In this document: piece by piece, positions 10,300 to 21,840 of the stretch | How positions within the stretch are numbered: the first letter of the stretch is position 1 | Layout of the letters: every line of letters starts with the position of its first letter | NCBI GenBank assembly: GCA_900128395.1 | Contig: LT649293.1 | Span: forward strand, 1 to 44,237 | DNA length: 44,237 bases | Source: Stramenopiles sp. TOSAG23-2 | Lineage: Eukaryota | Direction of reading: 5' to 3' | Position numbers and translations under genes: made by a program | The notes under the pieces: model-generated | Databases searched by the model: none | Told to the model about the DNA's origin: nothing | The model's input: only the letters and a program-made list of their open reading frames with translations

Positions 10300-13200
10300 A
10301 TGGCCACGTTAAAGCCATCAAAAACACAGACGCTCTCCACAACGAAATGTTGGGAATGGTTATGGAAACTTGGTGGACAAAAATGTAAACTAAAAATTAT
10401 TGATGTAGTATTATTTACAGAGGATGGTACTCTTGCACAATGGTTATTTACATCAAAAGAAGGTCTTGTAAAGCGAAAAAGCAGTGCATCATTGAAATTG
10501 CCAAATGTCTATAAAAGGTTTATACATTTAGGATCAGATGATCCAAAAAATAGTAAATCATTTGCTGCTGTTGCATATTTAAGCGATGGTGAGCAAGTTC
10601 CAATAACAGGCGCAACGTTAGCAGAAATTTTATTAGCAGGTCCGCGTATTGGCAGTTTGAAGCGCGGAGGTATGATTGTGGCGTTGCGTGCATATGTACA
10701 TCCCAAAGGAGGACATGGAAGTGGATTTCGTAATACATATAAAGTGAAAGATAGGGATTTTAAAAGTTATATAACAGCGACGCAACGCTTATTACCTTTG
10801 GATGAGCAAGTGAATGCTAATAAAAAAATAGTTTTTCGTGATTTAAAGTCGACTGCTACTAAATTAAATCAAAGTTTAGATGCATCAACTTATAGTATGG
10901 TTAAATTTTTAGAAGACGAACAGCGAACGCGCTGTTGGTATGTTGAAGCTGATTATGTTATTGACCATCGTGATACTGTCTGGGTAGCACATTTTGAACA
11001 AGTTGTTTATTCAAAATTGAAATATAGAAATAATGAATTAGGTTTTAATGAAAAATATGGCAATAATAAAAAACAAAAACATGATAATAATAATAATAAT
11101 AATGAGGATGGTATGAAAATAAATGTTGATGAAAATAAAGATAATTATAATGATGGTAATTTGGAAGGAACAATACCAATGAATGGTAAAGCCCAACTAC
11201 AACGTTTGCCAACACCAGGTGCTTTTGTTTGCCCAGGTGATTTTTGCGATTTTAATGGTGAAAACGATGATCCGAATCAGAATGCTGGTCCATGGACTAC
11301 TGATAAAGCTATTGAAAAAGAACGCCAGGCATTGCAAGAAACTATCAGCGCATATAGGCGTACCATGTCACAAACGAGTGCATTAGGAAATGCAATAGCA
11401 AAAACACAAGATTCAAATGAAATTAACGTCGTTGCACAAAGATTTGCTATAATGAACAAATCCATTTTACATGCACACGAACCGAACGCCGTTTCATACA
11501 TGTCCAATGAGATGAAAACATGGCGGGAGCGACAAGCTATGGAATGTAAAACATTGTACAATATCGATATCATTTCACCTGAACCGGGCAAATCATTGTC
11601 TAGTGCCGGCCCTATTAATATCAAATGGAAAAACAAGGGGAAAATACCATATGTGAAAATACAATTATATTGCGGTTGGGCCGTTAGTAATATTGTTACT
11701 GATGGTTTACCAAACGAAGGTTTTGCTGTGTGGAGACCGGATGTACAATTTAGGCGAAAGGAAAGCGAAAACTTAAAAGCATTAATGGATGCTCATGTAT
11801 GGAGATTTAAAATATCATGTGCAAGCCGTCCATGGATTTATTCCTTTAGCAAACGATTTGGATTACGACGTTCTTTAGCAAAAATTGGACATCGTTTGAC
11901 TGGTGCAAAAAATGGAAATTCAAGATTACAAAAACATGAGTTGGAAATGCAAATGGAGGAAGAAGAACGGGTTAAAGCTAAAGGGAAACGTATAAATTCG
12001 AATTCGCCTTCAAATAATAATGATGAAAACAACGAAAGCAATATTGCAAATTTAAATGAAGTTTCGGAACATTATGCCAGTTCCACCGTACCTGGAAATC
12101 CAGTAATGGCGGGTGTATTAGCAAATGCACACCCAGTTGATTACTATTATCGCGAAGTCGAAGTATGCAAAAATTGTTACAATTGTTACACAGCAATGGA
12201 TCGTAGACGTGAGAAAGACAATCGAAGACAATACAAAGATAAAGGCGGTATGCGTACTGTATTTGCCAAACGGATAGAAAGGCATAAGCAACGTTTAGAA
12301 AATCAAGAAGATGATGGAGACGATTTAAGAAGTGCTATGTATGACGACACAGGAGATAACATGAATGGTTTTCAATCATCTTCGAACTATGGTAATAAGA
12401 AAAAGAAAAAAGGTCCGCATGTCAGTGATCGTTTGTATAGTTTGAGAAAAAAAAAAGATATGCCCAAGAATAAGAGCAACAAGAGTAAAGTATTATCGAA
12501 GGAACAGCAACATCAACAAAAATCTGAAAGACGAGAGCGATTAGAAAGACGTGTAAGGCAAGATTTAAACAATAACCCACCTCCATCATCATTTGGTTCA
12601 GAATATAAGAAATTTTATAATTCGCATCATCCCAATCCGTCTACGAAATTTAGACCACCATCACCTATTGTACAAAGTCCAAATAAAAAAAATGAAAACG
12701 ACGGTTATGGTAACTTTGATGATGATGATGGTGGTGGTGGTGGTGGTGAATACGATGATGACGACTATTTAAGCAATCAAGTATGGATAGATAGTGGCGA
12801 TAGTGATGATGAGGAAGAACCACTGATTCAATCATCTAGAGATGCATCTTCTTCTAATTTAATTAATGAGCGTCAATCTCCACCGCGACGTAATGTGAAA
12901 CACCGCCGTCAACACCCATTAAGTGCGACTACGCATAGATCTAGCGAGAAAAAAAAAAAGCAACGACAAAAAAACTACAGAGGATATGATAACGATACTA
13001 ATAGTCTTAGCCCCAATGGTAGGTCGCCCTTAAACAGGGCCCCGCATAGAATCATAGCAAATTTCGTCAATCGTGTTGTAACATTTGTGTGGGAACATTT
13101 TGAAGGTTTAATTCCAAATCGAGGACCATTGAAAGACATTGACCGTACGTTTGTTGCTGATGTTAACAAGCAATTGAGAATTTATTTAAAACGTTTACAA

Positions 13201-16200
13201 GAAGGTTGCGAACCGGATGAAGGCACGAGTAATGTGGTCAGTATGTGTCGTATTGGCACAAAGTTCTTAATGGATACATCTTATTGGCAATTATTACAAG
13301 ATAATAGAAGTCGGTGTGCAACTGTAGTCTGTCTCGCAATGGACTTAGTATTATTACTAGGCTTGACGTTGGAACCGTATGTTCCTTTATTAGCGGAAAA
13401 ATTGCAGCAGCAGTTGAATGTTAAAGCAACTGCAAAATGGATCCCAAAAACGTTTTCAAGTGGAATTGTTCCATCCGGCCATGAACTGAATCAACCGCAA
13501 GTACTCTACCAGGATATTCCGGAGGAAAACATCGATGAAGCGCGAGAGCGGGTTAAAAAGCGATTGATGTTGGCCGAGAAACGAAGAAAGAAAAGGGAAT
13601 TGAGAAAGAAACGTGCTGAAATTGATAAAAAAAAGTTAGAGCGTGGTTGGGGTGCTGGTGCAACCAAAAGTACTAGCAAAAAAAGTGCTGATAACATAAA
13701 CGTTGCAAAAACTAAAAGGTCAAATGCATACGAAAATAAAGAAAGCAGTGATAGCCCTGTTTATCGACCGACGTTTCCAGGCTGGGGTTTAAATCCTACG
13801 CCAACTCCTAGATCAAAAAAACGAGAGGAAATGAAAGAAAAACGCAAACAGCAAAAACAAAAGCAATTCGAAAAACGACAACAAGAGGGTCAAAGGCAGC
13901 AACGCACAACAAATTCCAACATGCATAAAAGCGCATCTGATCTTATAAATAGCCCAAATAACAATAATTCTCCTCCAAAATATATTGAAAAGCAAATGAA
14001 CGCAACATTTGTTGATCCACCAAATATGCCTCGACCAGATGTGCAAACGTATTCTAATAATAACAATGTACAGAATAGTAAAAGCGAAGAGAACTTTGAT
14101 TTTAAAAGTAAAAGTTCCCTCCGACAGGCATTATGGATGGGACGAAGCGCTATAGCAAAACACTCAGATGATAGTCAAGATATTGATGTAGGATTTGGAA
14201 GAAATCAACATAGCAAAATAAAAAAAAGTAAAAAAGCAATGAAAATGTCAAGATCTTTACCAGCATTGGATAGACCAACCCCGAATGTGACACCGTATTT
14301 AAAACGTGCATCATTAGCCGATCCTAAAAGCAATAACAGCAAGAAAAAACGCAAAAGCAAAGGACGAAACAGTGGGAACAATAAAGATGACTTATTTGAA
14401 ATCGGTCCCATGCCAAGGGAATTACATCGAAGAAGCGGGTTACGACAAGTCGCATCATTGTTAGTCATTGGTCAATTAAAGGACTTGAGATTAATTATTG
14501 ATGTTGCAAAGACGAATGGATTAAGAGTATTAGCACATAGTAGAACCGAGGGTGATCAATTAATTTTAGGCGTAGCTACAGTAACAGCAGGGAATAAGAA
14601 AGTGCCGGAAACGCCACCAAAAATTTCGAAATTATTACGTGATTTTTTAATTGCCGCCACTGCATTTAATGAAATATTTCGCCAAGTTGATGAAGGAAAA
14701 TCTTTTCTAGTCCATGGTGGGGGAGAATTAAGCCACGGCTTACGAGATGGATCACGCTCATCACGCCACATGCAAATCACTAATAAAGCAATAAGTAGTG
14801 TCGAACGATTGAAAGCATGGATGAATGTTGGTCACTCTCGTGGGGAAATATTGAAAGGTATAGCAGCTTGGCAAACTGGTCAAGCTGGAATTGCACATCA
14901 CCATTGGCTAAAAGCAATCGATGAAGCTGTAAATAGAGACGGTGAGTTGGCATACGATGTTGCGGTTGCAAGATTTTTAATTGGTAAACACAATCAATCT
15001 GCATCAGCATATGTCGCCGAACACGCATTGGAATATTTAAGTCAAGCTGACAGTCATTTTGCACGATTAGGGGAAGGTGCGGAGATGGAGTTAGAGGCGG
15101 TACGCGCTGAAATTGAAAGAGTGCGTGGTGGAAGACCAGAAAATCCTAACCATCCAATCGCTAAAGCAGGTAATGATGTGACGGGCCATTTAACAAAGAA
15201 AGAAATGGCAAGTTCTTTAAATGATGTTGGAGCTACTGAACAAGTGCAATTTATAACTAGACCACCAACTGCGATACAAGAAACATTAAATTGGGGAAGG
15301 AAGAGCTTGGATGTCATCAAGCGTAGACTCCATAGCGAGAAAATGCTGCCAATATATCACGATCCAGAGAAGGACAATATCGGTGGGGATCGCGCGGAGC
15401 AAATGAATGCGCGTAGACAAGCGTTGGCGAAGTCAGTAGTAATTGCTGAAGGACAATTAGCAGCTTTACAAGCAGAAGTAAAAAGTGCTATGTCGACTGG
15501 ATCTGTAGATGCAAGGCCAAATAGTGCAATGCAATTTACAATGGAACGTAAATTAATTAAATTAATCGACGAGGTAGGTGTGCGTGCTGCTGAATATTCT
15601 AAGATTGTAGATAGGGATAAAAAATATGTTGAGAAACAAGTAGAATTAAACTTAACGTCACAATTTCATAAAGCAAATAACCAAAAGTCACAACTGGAAT
15701 TGCAAAAGAAACAAGCCCGACAACGAGTAGAAACAATGGAACAACAGCATATAGAATCGCGAAGACCCATGGAAGAAGATAACTTTGCAGGTAGGAACAA
15801 GGTACCAAAATTTTGGGCGAAAAAAATGTTACAACAACAGCTACAGCAAGAAGGAGAAAGTGTAGAGGCTGGGATAAATCAAACTGATCAAGAGCGTATG
15901 AGAAATCAATATACATCAAATGCTGTAAAAGTACCTGATAAAGTAGCTATAACAAAAGAAGTAGATCCACAACAGCAGCAAATTGTGAATAAAGAATTCG
16001 ATGAAACACAAATTGCTGTCCCATATTCAAAAACAATATCAAAAGATCCTGTTGTTAATGCAATTGCAAAAGCTGCACATCAATCACATATACAAGATGA
16101 TTCACATAGTAGCATGGGAGGAGAAGATTTAATGGCTGTACTGAAAAGTCAAATACATGAAAGTTGCTCGTCTAACAATTTAGGTAAATTTGTTCAAGTC

Positions 16201-16515
16201 TTAGCTACTGGGATTATGAAAGTCAATTCAATTATTGATGACGAGCAAAATACGGCAATACATGTTGCATCTAGAAAAGGTTCGATGGAAATTGTTGAAT
16301 ATTGTTGTAGTCATGGTGGGGAAGAATTAATTGACTCGCAAAACATGGAAGGTAATACAGCTTTGCATTATGCGTATGAACGCAAAGATATGAAAATGGC
16401 TGATTTATTAATGGCACATGGTGCAAATTCGCATTTAAAAAATATGTACGGGTTAAAAGCACAAGGAGGTGCACATCCTAGAAGTTTCAGAGATTTTGCT
16501 GCCTTTGCTGTGTAG
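10300..16515 (+). CDS. 2071-aa multidomain protein: Ig-like segment, MetRS-like anticodon-binding domain, coiled coils, C-terminal ankyrin repeats
   Basis: ATG at 10300 (MATLKP). Ankyrin repeats QNTAIHVASRKG and GNTALHYAYE. MetRS-like segment ANFVNRVVTFV...LEPYVP...PSGHELNQPQVLYQDI. Confidence 0.85.
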   Translation: MATLKPSKTQTLSTTKCWEWLWKLGGQKCKLKIIDVVLFTEDGTLAQWLFTSKEGLVKRKSSASLKLPNVYKRFIHLGSDDPKNSKSFAAVAYLSDGEQVPITGATLAEILLAGPRIGSLKRGGMIVALRAYVHPKGGHGSGFRNTYKVKDRDFKSYITATQRLLPLDEQVNANKKIVFRDLKSTATKLNQSLDASTYSMVKFLEDEQRTRCWYVEADYVIDHRDTVWVAHFEQVVYSKLKYRNNELGFNEKYGNNKKQKHDNNNNNNEDGMKINVDENKDNYNDGNLEGTIPMNGKAQLQRLPTPGAFVCPGDFCDFNGENDDPNQNAGPWTTDKAIEKERQALQETISAYRRTMSQTSALGNAIAKTQDSNEINVVAQRFAIMNKSILHAHEPNAVSYMSNEMKTWRERQAMECKTLYNIDIISPEPGKSLSSAGPINIKWKNKGKIPYVKIQLYCGWAVSNIVTDGLPNEGFAVWRPDVQFRRKESENLKALMDAHVWRFKISCASRPWIYSFSKRFGLRRSLAKIGHRLTGAKNGNSRLQKHELEMQMEEEERVKAKGKRINSNSPSNNNDENNESNIANLNEVSEHYASSTVPGNPVMAGVLANAHPVDYYYREVEVCKNCYNCYTAMDRRREKDNRRQYKDKGGMRTVFAKRIERHKQRLENQEDDGDDLRSAMYDDTGDNMNGFQSSSNYGNKKKKKGPHVSDRLYSLRKKKDMPKNKSNKSKVLSKEQQHQQKSERRERLERRVRQDLNNNPPPSSFGSEYKKFYNSHHPNPSTKFRPPSPIVQSPNKKNENDGYGNFDDDDGGGGGGEYDDDDYLSNQVWIDSGDSDDEEEPLIQSSRDASSSNLINERQSPPRRNVKHRRQHPLSATTHRSSEKKKKQRQKNYRGYDNDTNSLSPNGRSPLNRAPHRIIANFVNRVVTFVWEHFEGLIPNRGPLKDIDRTFVADVNKQLRIYLKRLQEGCEPDEGTSNVVSMCRIGTKFLMDTSYWQLLQDNRSRCATVVCLAMDLVLLLGLTLEPYVPLLAEKLQQQLNVKATAKWIPKTFSSGIVPSGHELNQPQVLYQDIPEENIDEARERVKKRLMLAEKRRKKRELRKKRAEIDKKKLERGWGAGATKSTSKKSADNINVAKTKRSNAYENKESSDSPVYRPTFPGWGLNPTPTPRSKKREEMKEKRKQQKQKQFEKRQQEGQRQQRTTNSNMHKSASDLINSPNNNNSPPKYIEKQMNATFVDPPNMPRPDVQTYSNNNNVQNSKSEENFDFKSKSSLRQALWMGRSAIAKHSDDSQDIDVGFGRNQHSKIKKSKKAMKMSRSLPALDRPTPNVTPYLKRASLADPKSNNSKKKRKSKGRNSGNNKDDLFEIGPMPRELHRRSGLRQVASLLVIGQLKDLRLIIDVAKTNGLRVLAHSRTEGDQLILGVATVTAGNKKVPETPPKISKLLRDFLIAATAFNEIFRQVDEGKSFLVHGGGELSHGLRDGSRSSRHMQITNKAISSVERLKAWMNVGHSRGEILKGIAAWQTGQAGIAHHHWLKAIDEAVNRDGELAYDVAVARFLIGKHNQSASAYVAEHALEYLSQADSHFARLGEGAEMELEAVRAEIERVRGGRPENPNHPIAKAGNDVTGHLTKKEMASSLNDVGATEQVQFITRPPTAIQETLNWGRKSLDVIKRRLHSEKMLPIYHDPEKDNIGGDRAEQMNARRQALAKSVVIAEGQLAALQAEVKSAMSTGSVDARPNSAMQFTMERKLIKLIDEVGVRAAEYSKIVDRDKKYVEKQVELNLTSQFHKANNQKSQLELQKKQARQRVETMEQQHIESRRPMEEDNFAGRNKVPKFWAKKMLQQQLQQEGESVEAGINQTDQERMRNQYTSNAVKVPDKVAITKEVDPQQQQIVNKEFDETQIAVPYSKTISKDPVVNAIAKAAHQSHIQDDSHSSMGGEDLMAVLKSQIHESCSSNNLGKFVQVLATGIMKVNSIIDDEQNTAIHVASRKGSMEIVEYCCSHGGEELIDSQNMEGNTALHYAYERKDMKMADLLMAHGANSHLKNMYGLKAQGGAHPRSFRDFAAFAV

Positions 16516-16963
16516 GAAGATGGAAGATGTATTATCATATATAATATATTTTCGTATGATCTAAGGGTGTGTGTGTGATAAATATCATATCATATCAATA
16601 TGAAAAATAGAGAACACACAGTGTACGTGTAGTAAAATATATTTACACATGATGGTATAATTCTTTTCTCAGATTGAGAGGATTAACATTATTATTCCTG
16701 AGATTGAGTATTGAGCGTATCATAGTATTTTCCACGGGAAGTAAAATTATATTAATACAGACGTAACTTTTACGTAGATTTTAACCGCACATCATATTTT
16801 TTTTAAAATTAACAAATAAACATAAATATAAAAATGGCATATATATCATTTAATATGATTTATATGTACGAAGTACTATTTTAATATGTTACGGAAATTA
16901 ATCGACACATCTTGTGAGATATGATACGAAGTAGATAAGTAAATAAAATCTTTTTAAATTTTT

Positions 16964-17056
16964 NNNNNNNNNNNNNNNNNNNNNNNNNNNNNNNNNNNNN
17001 NNNNNNNNNNNNNNNNNNNNNNNNNNNNNNNNNNNNNNNNNNNNNNNNNNNNNNNN
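16964..17056. other. Assembly gap (93 N)
   Basis: Run of N. Confidence 1.
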
Positions 17057-17187
17057 TAGGAATAAAAAATTAAAATACGCGTACATTTACAATACAGATG
17101 AAAACATATTATAATTTTTTACGAAGCGTATATACTTGGTACTGTTTTCGTATTTCGCGTATACATAATACGAGTCGTACTTTTTTT

Positions 17188-18579
17188 TCATCTTTGTTGC
17201 AAATAATGTGGCAGTGGCAATGCTTGCGTATGAGATTGTTTATTTTGATCCAACAAATACCTACGGTATTGTTCCGTAATAAATAATTTTGGTATTTTTT
17301 TTTCCAATTTCTTTTGTGTTTCATCTAAAGCTGTAGACATTTCTTGTCTCATTTTTTCTGTCTCTGATGTACCTTTTCCTTTTATTGTTAATACTTTTTT
17401 TGCACGCCCATTTGCACAATCATTCCATTTATCAGGTTTAATATACCATGCACCATATTTATGCTTAAAATCTCTGTATTTTGGACGTCGTTTAATTTTT
17501 TCCAAGGTAGACATTGGCATTTTATTTTTCGCATTTGCTAATTGTTGCATTTCATGCTCTGGTTTTAAACGCGGTGATTTAGATTTAGACATTTCTTTAA
17601 ATGTCGAGGCTTTTGTTGTTACATTTTTACCACCGTCTGTCTTAGGAGAATGCGCAGCATGAAAAGATGACATGCGTCTAGACGATGCCAAAGTAGATGG
17701 TCTATGTCGTCCATCTTGTTCCAAATCTTCTTCATCATCATCATCCAATAAATCCTCTAATAACTCTGGAGGTACATCGGTAGCAACTTTTACTCTAGCT
17801 GCTGGTCGCCATATAATTATAGGTGATGGAGACCTAGATTCATCTAAATCATCATAAAATCCTGCATCTGTCGTGTCGTAATAATTTTCATTCTTATCAT
17901 CATCCAATTCATTTACATTTGTCATAGTTTTTCCTGGTTTGCGAACTAAATTTCCATATGAGTCCTCTCGAAACATACTATCAATATTTGTTCTTGCTTC
18001 TATCTCTTCACGGACTAATCTTTCTTCATGATGTTTACGTATAGTTTCACGATCGAGTGGGTCATCTTGTCCTTCCCATTCTTGTCTACGCTCTAACACT
18101 TTATTTTCAAAATCGTTCCTATCATCACTATTATCAATAGCATTACTATTGTCATTATATATCATTGTCATACTGTTTTTATTTTCATTAGTATTTGTAC
18201 CATTATTATCATAGGATAAATATTTTAATATTTGCGAAGGAAATTCACTTTGTGACAGCGCACTTTCTAACTGCTTCACATATTCTAATCTCTTCCTATC
18301 ATAATCATCACCTTTGAATTTTTGAAACGTACCAGATGATTTAGATGGCAATTCAAGTGCGGCAACATTATCATACCTTGAATTATTATTCATTACATTA
18401 CTTTGATAGTAATTTCCACTATTATTATTATTATTTTCATTTAACATAGAGTCCTTTTGAGACCAAATTGTTTCAACTTGTTGTGGTTGACTTTCATTTA
18501 AAAATTTCCATTGTACATTTTTCAAACTTTGACTAAATGCAGAATTTTCATCACCGACTTTATGTTTACTTTTATACAT
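17188..18579 (-). CDS. Hypothetical protein
   Basis: Long ORF, likely start MYKSKHK at 18579. Disordered and acidic, with a conserved-looking C-terminus (KYGAWYIKPDKW...LPHYL). Confidence 0.75.
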   Translation of the reverse strand: MYKSKHKVGDENSAFSQSLKNVQWKFLNESQPQQVETIWSQKDSMLNENNNNNSGNYYQSNVMNNNSRYDNVAALELPSKSSGTFQKFKGDDYDRKRLEYVKQLESALSQSEFPSQILKYLSYDNNGTNTNENKNSMTMIYNDNSNAIDNSDDRNDFENKVLERRQEWEGQDDPLDRETIRKHHEERLVREEIEARTNIDSMFREDSYGNLVRKPGKTMTNVNELDDDKNENYYDTTDAGFYDDLDESRSPSPIIIWRPAARVKVATDVPPELLEDLLDDDDEEDLEQDGRHRPSTLASSRRMSSFHAAHSPKTDGGKNVTTKASTFKEMSKSKSPRLKPEHEMQQLANAKNKMPMSTLEKIKRRPKYRDFKHKYGAWYIKPDKWNDCANGRAKKVLTIKGKGTSETEKMRQEMSTALDETQKKLEKKIPKLFITEQYRRYLLDQNKQSHTQALPLPHYLQQR

Positions 18580-18806
18580 CCTATCTTTTGATCGGTTCTT
18601 ATATATATATATATGTATATATCTATGTATACACCTATGTATATATGTGTTTGTTTTGATCAATTATGATATATTCTACATACTAACAATAGACACGACT
18701 AGATAAATGATATATTACATTTACATCTCGAAGTAACAAATAATTGCAGCATACAAATTTATCAATATATATATATATATATCAATATCTATTATTTTAA
18801 ATAACC

Positions 18807-21062
18807 ATGGAGAAAATACCAACGCCAGAAAGCGTTTTGAAAATATTTCATCGAATAGCAACGGTAGAAGGTGGTTATGTGCCAACGGCGGAACCAGAAC
18901 CAGAGGAAAAAGATGATAAAAAGAAAGGAGGTAGAAATAATGCATCGAAAAGAAACAACAATAGGAAACCAAATAATAATAATATTAATAGTAACAATAA
19001 AAATGATAACAAAACGGAAGAAAAAACAGGTACTGAAGAAAATAAAATGAGTCCAAATAATACACCAGGAAATAATGCACGAAAAGTAACCTTTGATAAC
19101 TTTATGGCAGCAACACATTTTTTATATGGTGACTCGTTTACACATTTCGATGCATATCGTGGTTTCACGTCTGCAATCCAGCAACAGCGCTTGACATCGA
19201 CATTTGACGAGGCAACAAACGAATTCATTGTAAATGAAGGGGAAATGACGTTGGAGGAAATTGCATCTTCACCTTTGGATAAAAATTTGTTTATTCATGC
19301 TTTAAAAATATGCGGTTTAGCAATTGTAGAATATAACGAAAAGCTGGAAGATGAAAAAGGTGGTAAAACAAACGAGTTACCACCACCGAAGAAAGATTTT
19401 AATAGTAATTTACAAAGGCAAAACGAGGAAGCACAAAAAGCGATGGATGCAGCCAATGTATTTGCAAATAAATTATTAGATGTATTACCAGATAATTGTG
19501 ATAGTAATCATTTCAATAAATCACCCAATTTTGCTCAAGCATTATACAATGCATTAGTTGAAAATATATCATTTGGTGCAAAATTATCAATTGATATTTT
19601 TGGTATAGGATTATTAAAAAATTATGAACATAGTTTACGTCAAGGGTATTTTAGTTTTCGAGATGGCGACCCATTGCGATGGCCAGCGGAATTGGAGGAA
19701 GGATTAGTTGATGTTGGTGATTTTACTGAATTTATAGATACAATGTGTGCAATTAGTGTTGATATTGGGCAAAGTAGCGATTTAACCATTGCATTGCAAG
19801 GCATAATTGAGTTGATGGGGATACATGAAGATTTGCCAGATAATGGTGGGGCCTCATGGATACGTGTGGACCCAAACCAAGATTTGAATGTATCAAATAT
19901 AAATCCAAATGCATCAATCGTTTCACCAATGGATGATAATAATAATGGTGATGATGGTGGAGGATTATACATGAATGATATGAATGTTCGTGACCCGGAA
20001 CTTGCACAAACTTTACATAATGAAGCAAAATTATCAAGTATTCGTTTAAACAAGCTGTTACGTGATTTAGAGATGGATGAAGAGTTACCAGGTAGCAAAC
20101 GTGGTTTTGTCGGCACAAAAGGGGTTAATATTAAATTAGATGAAACGGCTAATCCACATCAATGGCATCCAATGCCATGTATCATCCGCGAGGTATTACG
20201 TGCCCCTTCAGCACCGTTACCAGTGGAAAATTTAATGGAAGCAGCATTATCATATCACAATGTATCACATTACGATGCTGCTGCAAAGACATATGCTGCA
20301 GCTAGAGAAGTATGGATGGAGGAAGAAAATTATAATCGACAAGATTACATCGACATGATGAGAGAGGAAGATGCTGAATATAATCCTGATACTGATGCAA
20401 AATTAGACAAACCATTAATACCTCCGCGTAGTGAAATTTTCCTGTTATGTAGTATGGGTAGCGTACATGAAAGTAACGGAAATGATGAAATGGCTTTATC
20501 ATTGTACATGGAAGCGCGAAGGACTGCAATGACACATTTAGATCATAATGATCCAGATGTTGCTATACCATATAGTCATGTCGGTTCAATATGTTATCAT
20601 TTAGGACGCTATGCCTTAAGTTTTCGATGTTATAATGTTGCATTAAATATAAGAGAATCAGCATTAGGAAAACGACACCCTGATACGGCATCATTGTATT
20701 GCAACATTGGCTGTTGCTTGTGCATGATGGGACCAAAGTTATTGATTAAAGCTAGATATTATTTAAGATTAAGTGAAAAAATATTGAAAGATACATTAGG
20801 CCCATATCATATACGTACATCTACGTCAAGTAGAAATGTTTCAAGAGTACGAAGTCGCACAGGTATAATTACACAGCCAAGTGCTGGATATAAAAAAGTA
20901 AATCCAAAATATGATATGTATACACATAGTAAACCGCCTCCTGGAATTGAATTTTTACGAGAAGATACACGATTTTGGAAAGCAGGAATTGGTGGACAAT
21001 TGCCTGCGATCAAAGCCGTCAGAGGTGGAGGGAAAAAGAAAAAGAAGAAGAAGAAAAAATAA
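18807..21062 (+). CDS. TPR-repeat protein (kinesin-light-chain-type TPRs) with poly-Lys tail
   Basis: Repeats of about 42 aa: HNDPDVAIPYSHVG, RHPDTASLYCNIG, TLGPYHIRT. Confidence 0.85.
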   Translation: MEKIPTPESVLKIFHRIATVEGGYVPTAEPEPEEKDDKKKGGRNNASKRNNNRKPNNNNINSNNKNDNKTEEKTGTEENKMSPNNTPGNNARKVTFDNFMAATHFLYGDSFTHFDAYRGFTSAIQQQRLTSTFDEATNEFIVNEGEMTLEEIASSPLDKNLFIHALKICGLAIVEYNEKLEDEKGGKTNELPPPKKDFNSNLQRQNEEAQKAMDAANVFANKLLDVLPDNCDSNHFNKSPNFAQALYNALVENISFGAKLSIDIFGIGLLKNYEHSLRQGYFSFRDGDPLRWPAELEEGLVDVGDFTEFIDTMCAISVDIGQSSDLTIALQGIIELMGIHEDLPDNGGASWIRVDPNQDLNVSNINPNASIVSPMDDNNNGDDGGGLYMNDMNVRDPELAQTLHNEAKLSSIRLNKLLRDLEMDEELPGSKRGFVGTKGVNIKLDETANPHQWHPMPCIIREVLRAPSAPLPVENLMEAALSYHNVSHYDAAAKTYAAAREVWMEEENYNRQDYIDMMREEDAEYNPDTDAKLDKPLIPPRSEIFLLCSMGSVHESNGNDEMALSLYMEARRTAMTHLDHNDPDVAIPYSHVGSICYHLGRYALSFRCYNVALNIRESALGKRHPDTASLYCNIGCCLCMMGPKLLIKARYYLRLSEKILKDTLGPYHIRTSTSSRNVSRVRSRTGIITQPSAGYKKVNPKYDMYTHSKPPPGIEFLREDTRFWKAGIGGQLPAIKAVRGGGKKKKKKKKK

Positions 21063-21163
21063 ATTTATGATATGATATTAGTGCTATTTGGTGGACAATT
21101 GCCTGCGATCAAAGCCGTCAGAGGTGGAGGGAAAAAGAAAAAAAAGAAGAAGAAAAAATAAAT
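20989..21163 (+). repeat. Direct duplication (76 bp, offset 99) of the TPR gene 3' end including its stop codon
   Basis: 20989-21064 versus 21088-21163, one G/A difference. Confidence 0.95.
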
Positions 21164-21345
21164 GTACATGATAGAATATGAATTTATATTATATTTGAGA
21201 GATATATGTGATGTATGAGTAAGAGAACAATTTATATATGTGATTAATACGCCGAGGATATATAAAATATCATACGAGAAAACATATATTTTACGAAATT
21301 TGTTTAGTACAAAACTCTTACGACTCGTATATTTTATCACATACT

Positions 21346-21840
21346 TCACATAAGACTTTCAATTTGGCGTTGAATAGTTGGAAAAACGGTATATAAGATA
21401 TATCGTTTTATATACAAGATATTATCCATGCAACAACAATAAGTTGAAATTCTATTTCCAATATTTACATTATCATCACTCCGTTCTTCTTGAACTTTAA
21501 TCAAACTTTCGACTTCACCTTTTTCCTCCTCTATTGTATCACTATCATATTCATCATCATCAAAAGTGGCCATACGTTCCATACGACGGCGTTCAACTTT
21601 ATCATTATAATCCTCCAAAGCAGCAGCAATCGATCCATTATTTTGGACTTTACTTTGTTTTGATTTGTCCTTCAATAATTTTTCTAATTTTTCTATTTGG
21701 TTTACATTGTTATTCACAATATCTGGTGATGGTATAGTCCATTTGATATTATTTACATTATTATTTGTATGATCTACATCTTCTCCCCATATTTTATGGT
21801 CTATATCTTCAAACCACCGTTTCTTTTTCGTGGACATCAT
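21346..21840 (-). CDS. Hypothetical protein
   Basis: 164-aa ATG-initiated ORF with composition like neighbouring genes (Asn and acidic runs). Confidence 0.65.
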   Translation of the reverse strand: MMSTKKKRWFEDIDHKIWGEDVDHTNNNVNNIKWTIPSPDIVNNNVNQIEKLEKLLKDKSKQSKVQNNGSIAAALEDYNDKVERRRMERMATFDDDEYDSDTIEEEKGEVESLIKVQEERSDDNVNIGNRISTYCCCMDNILYIKRYILYTVFPTIQRQIESLM

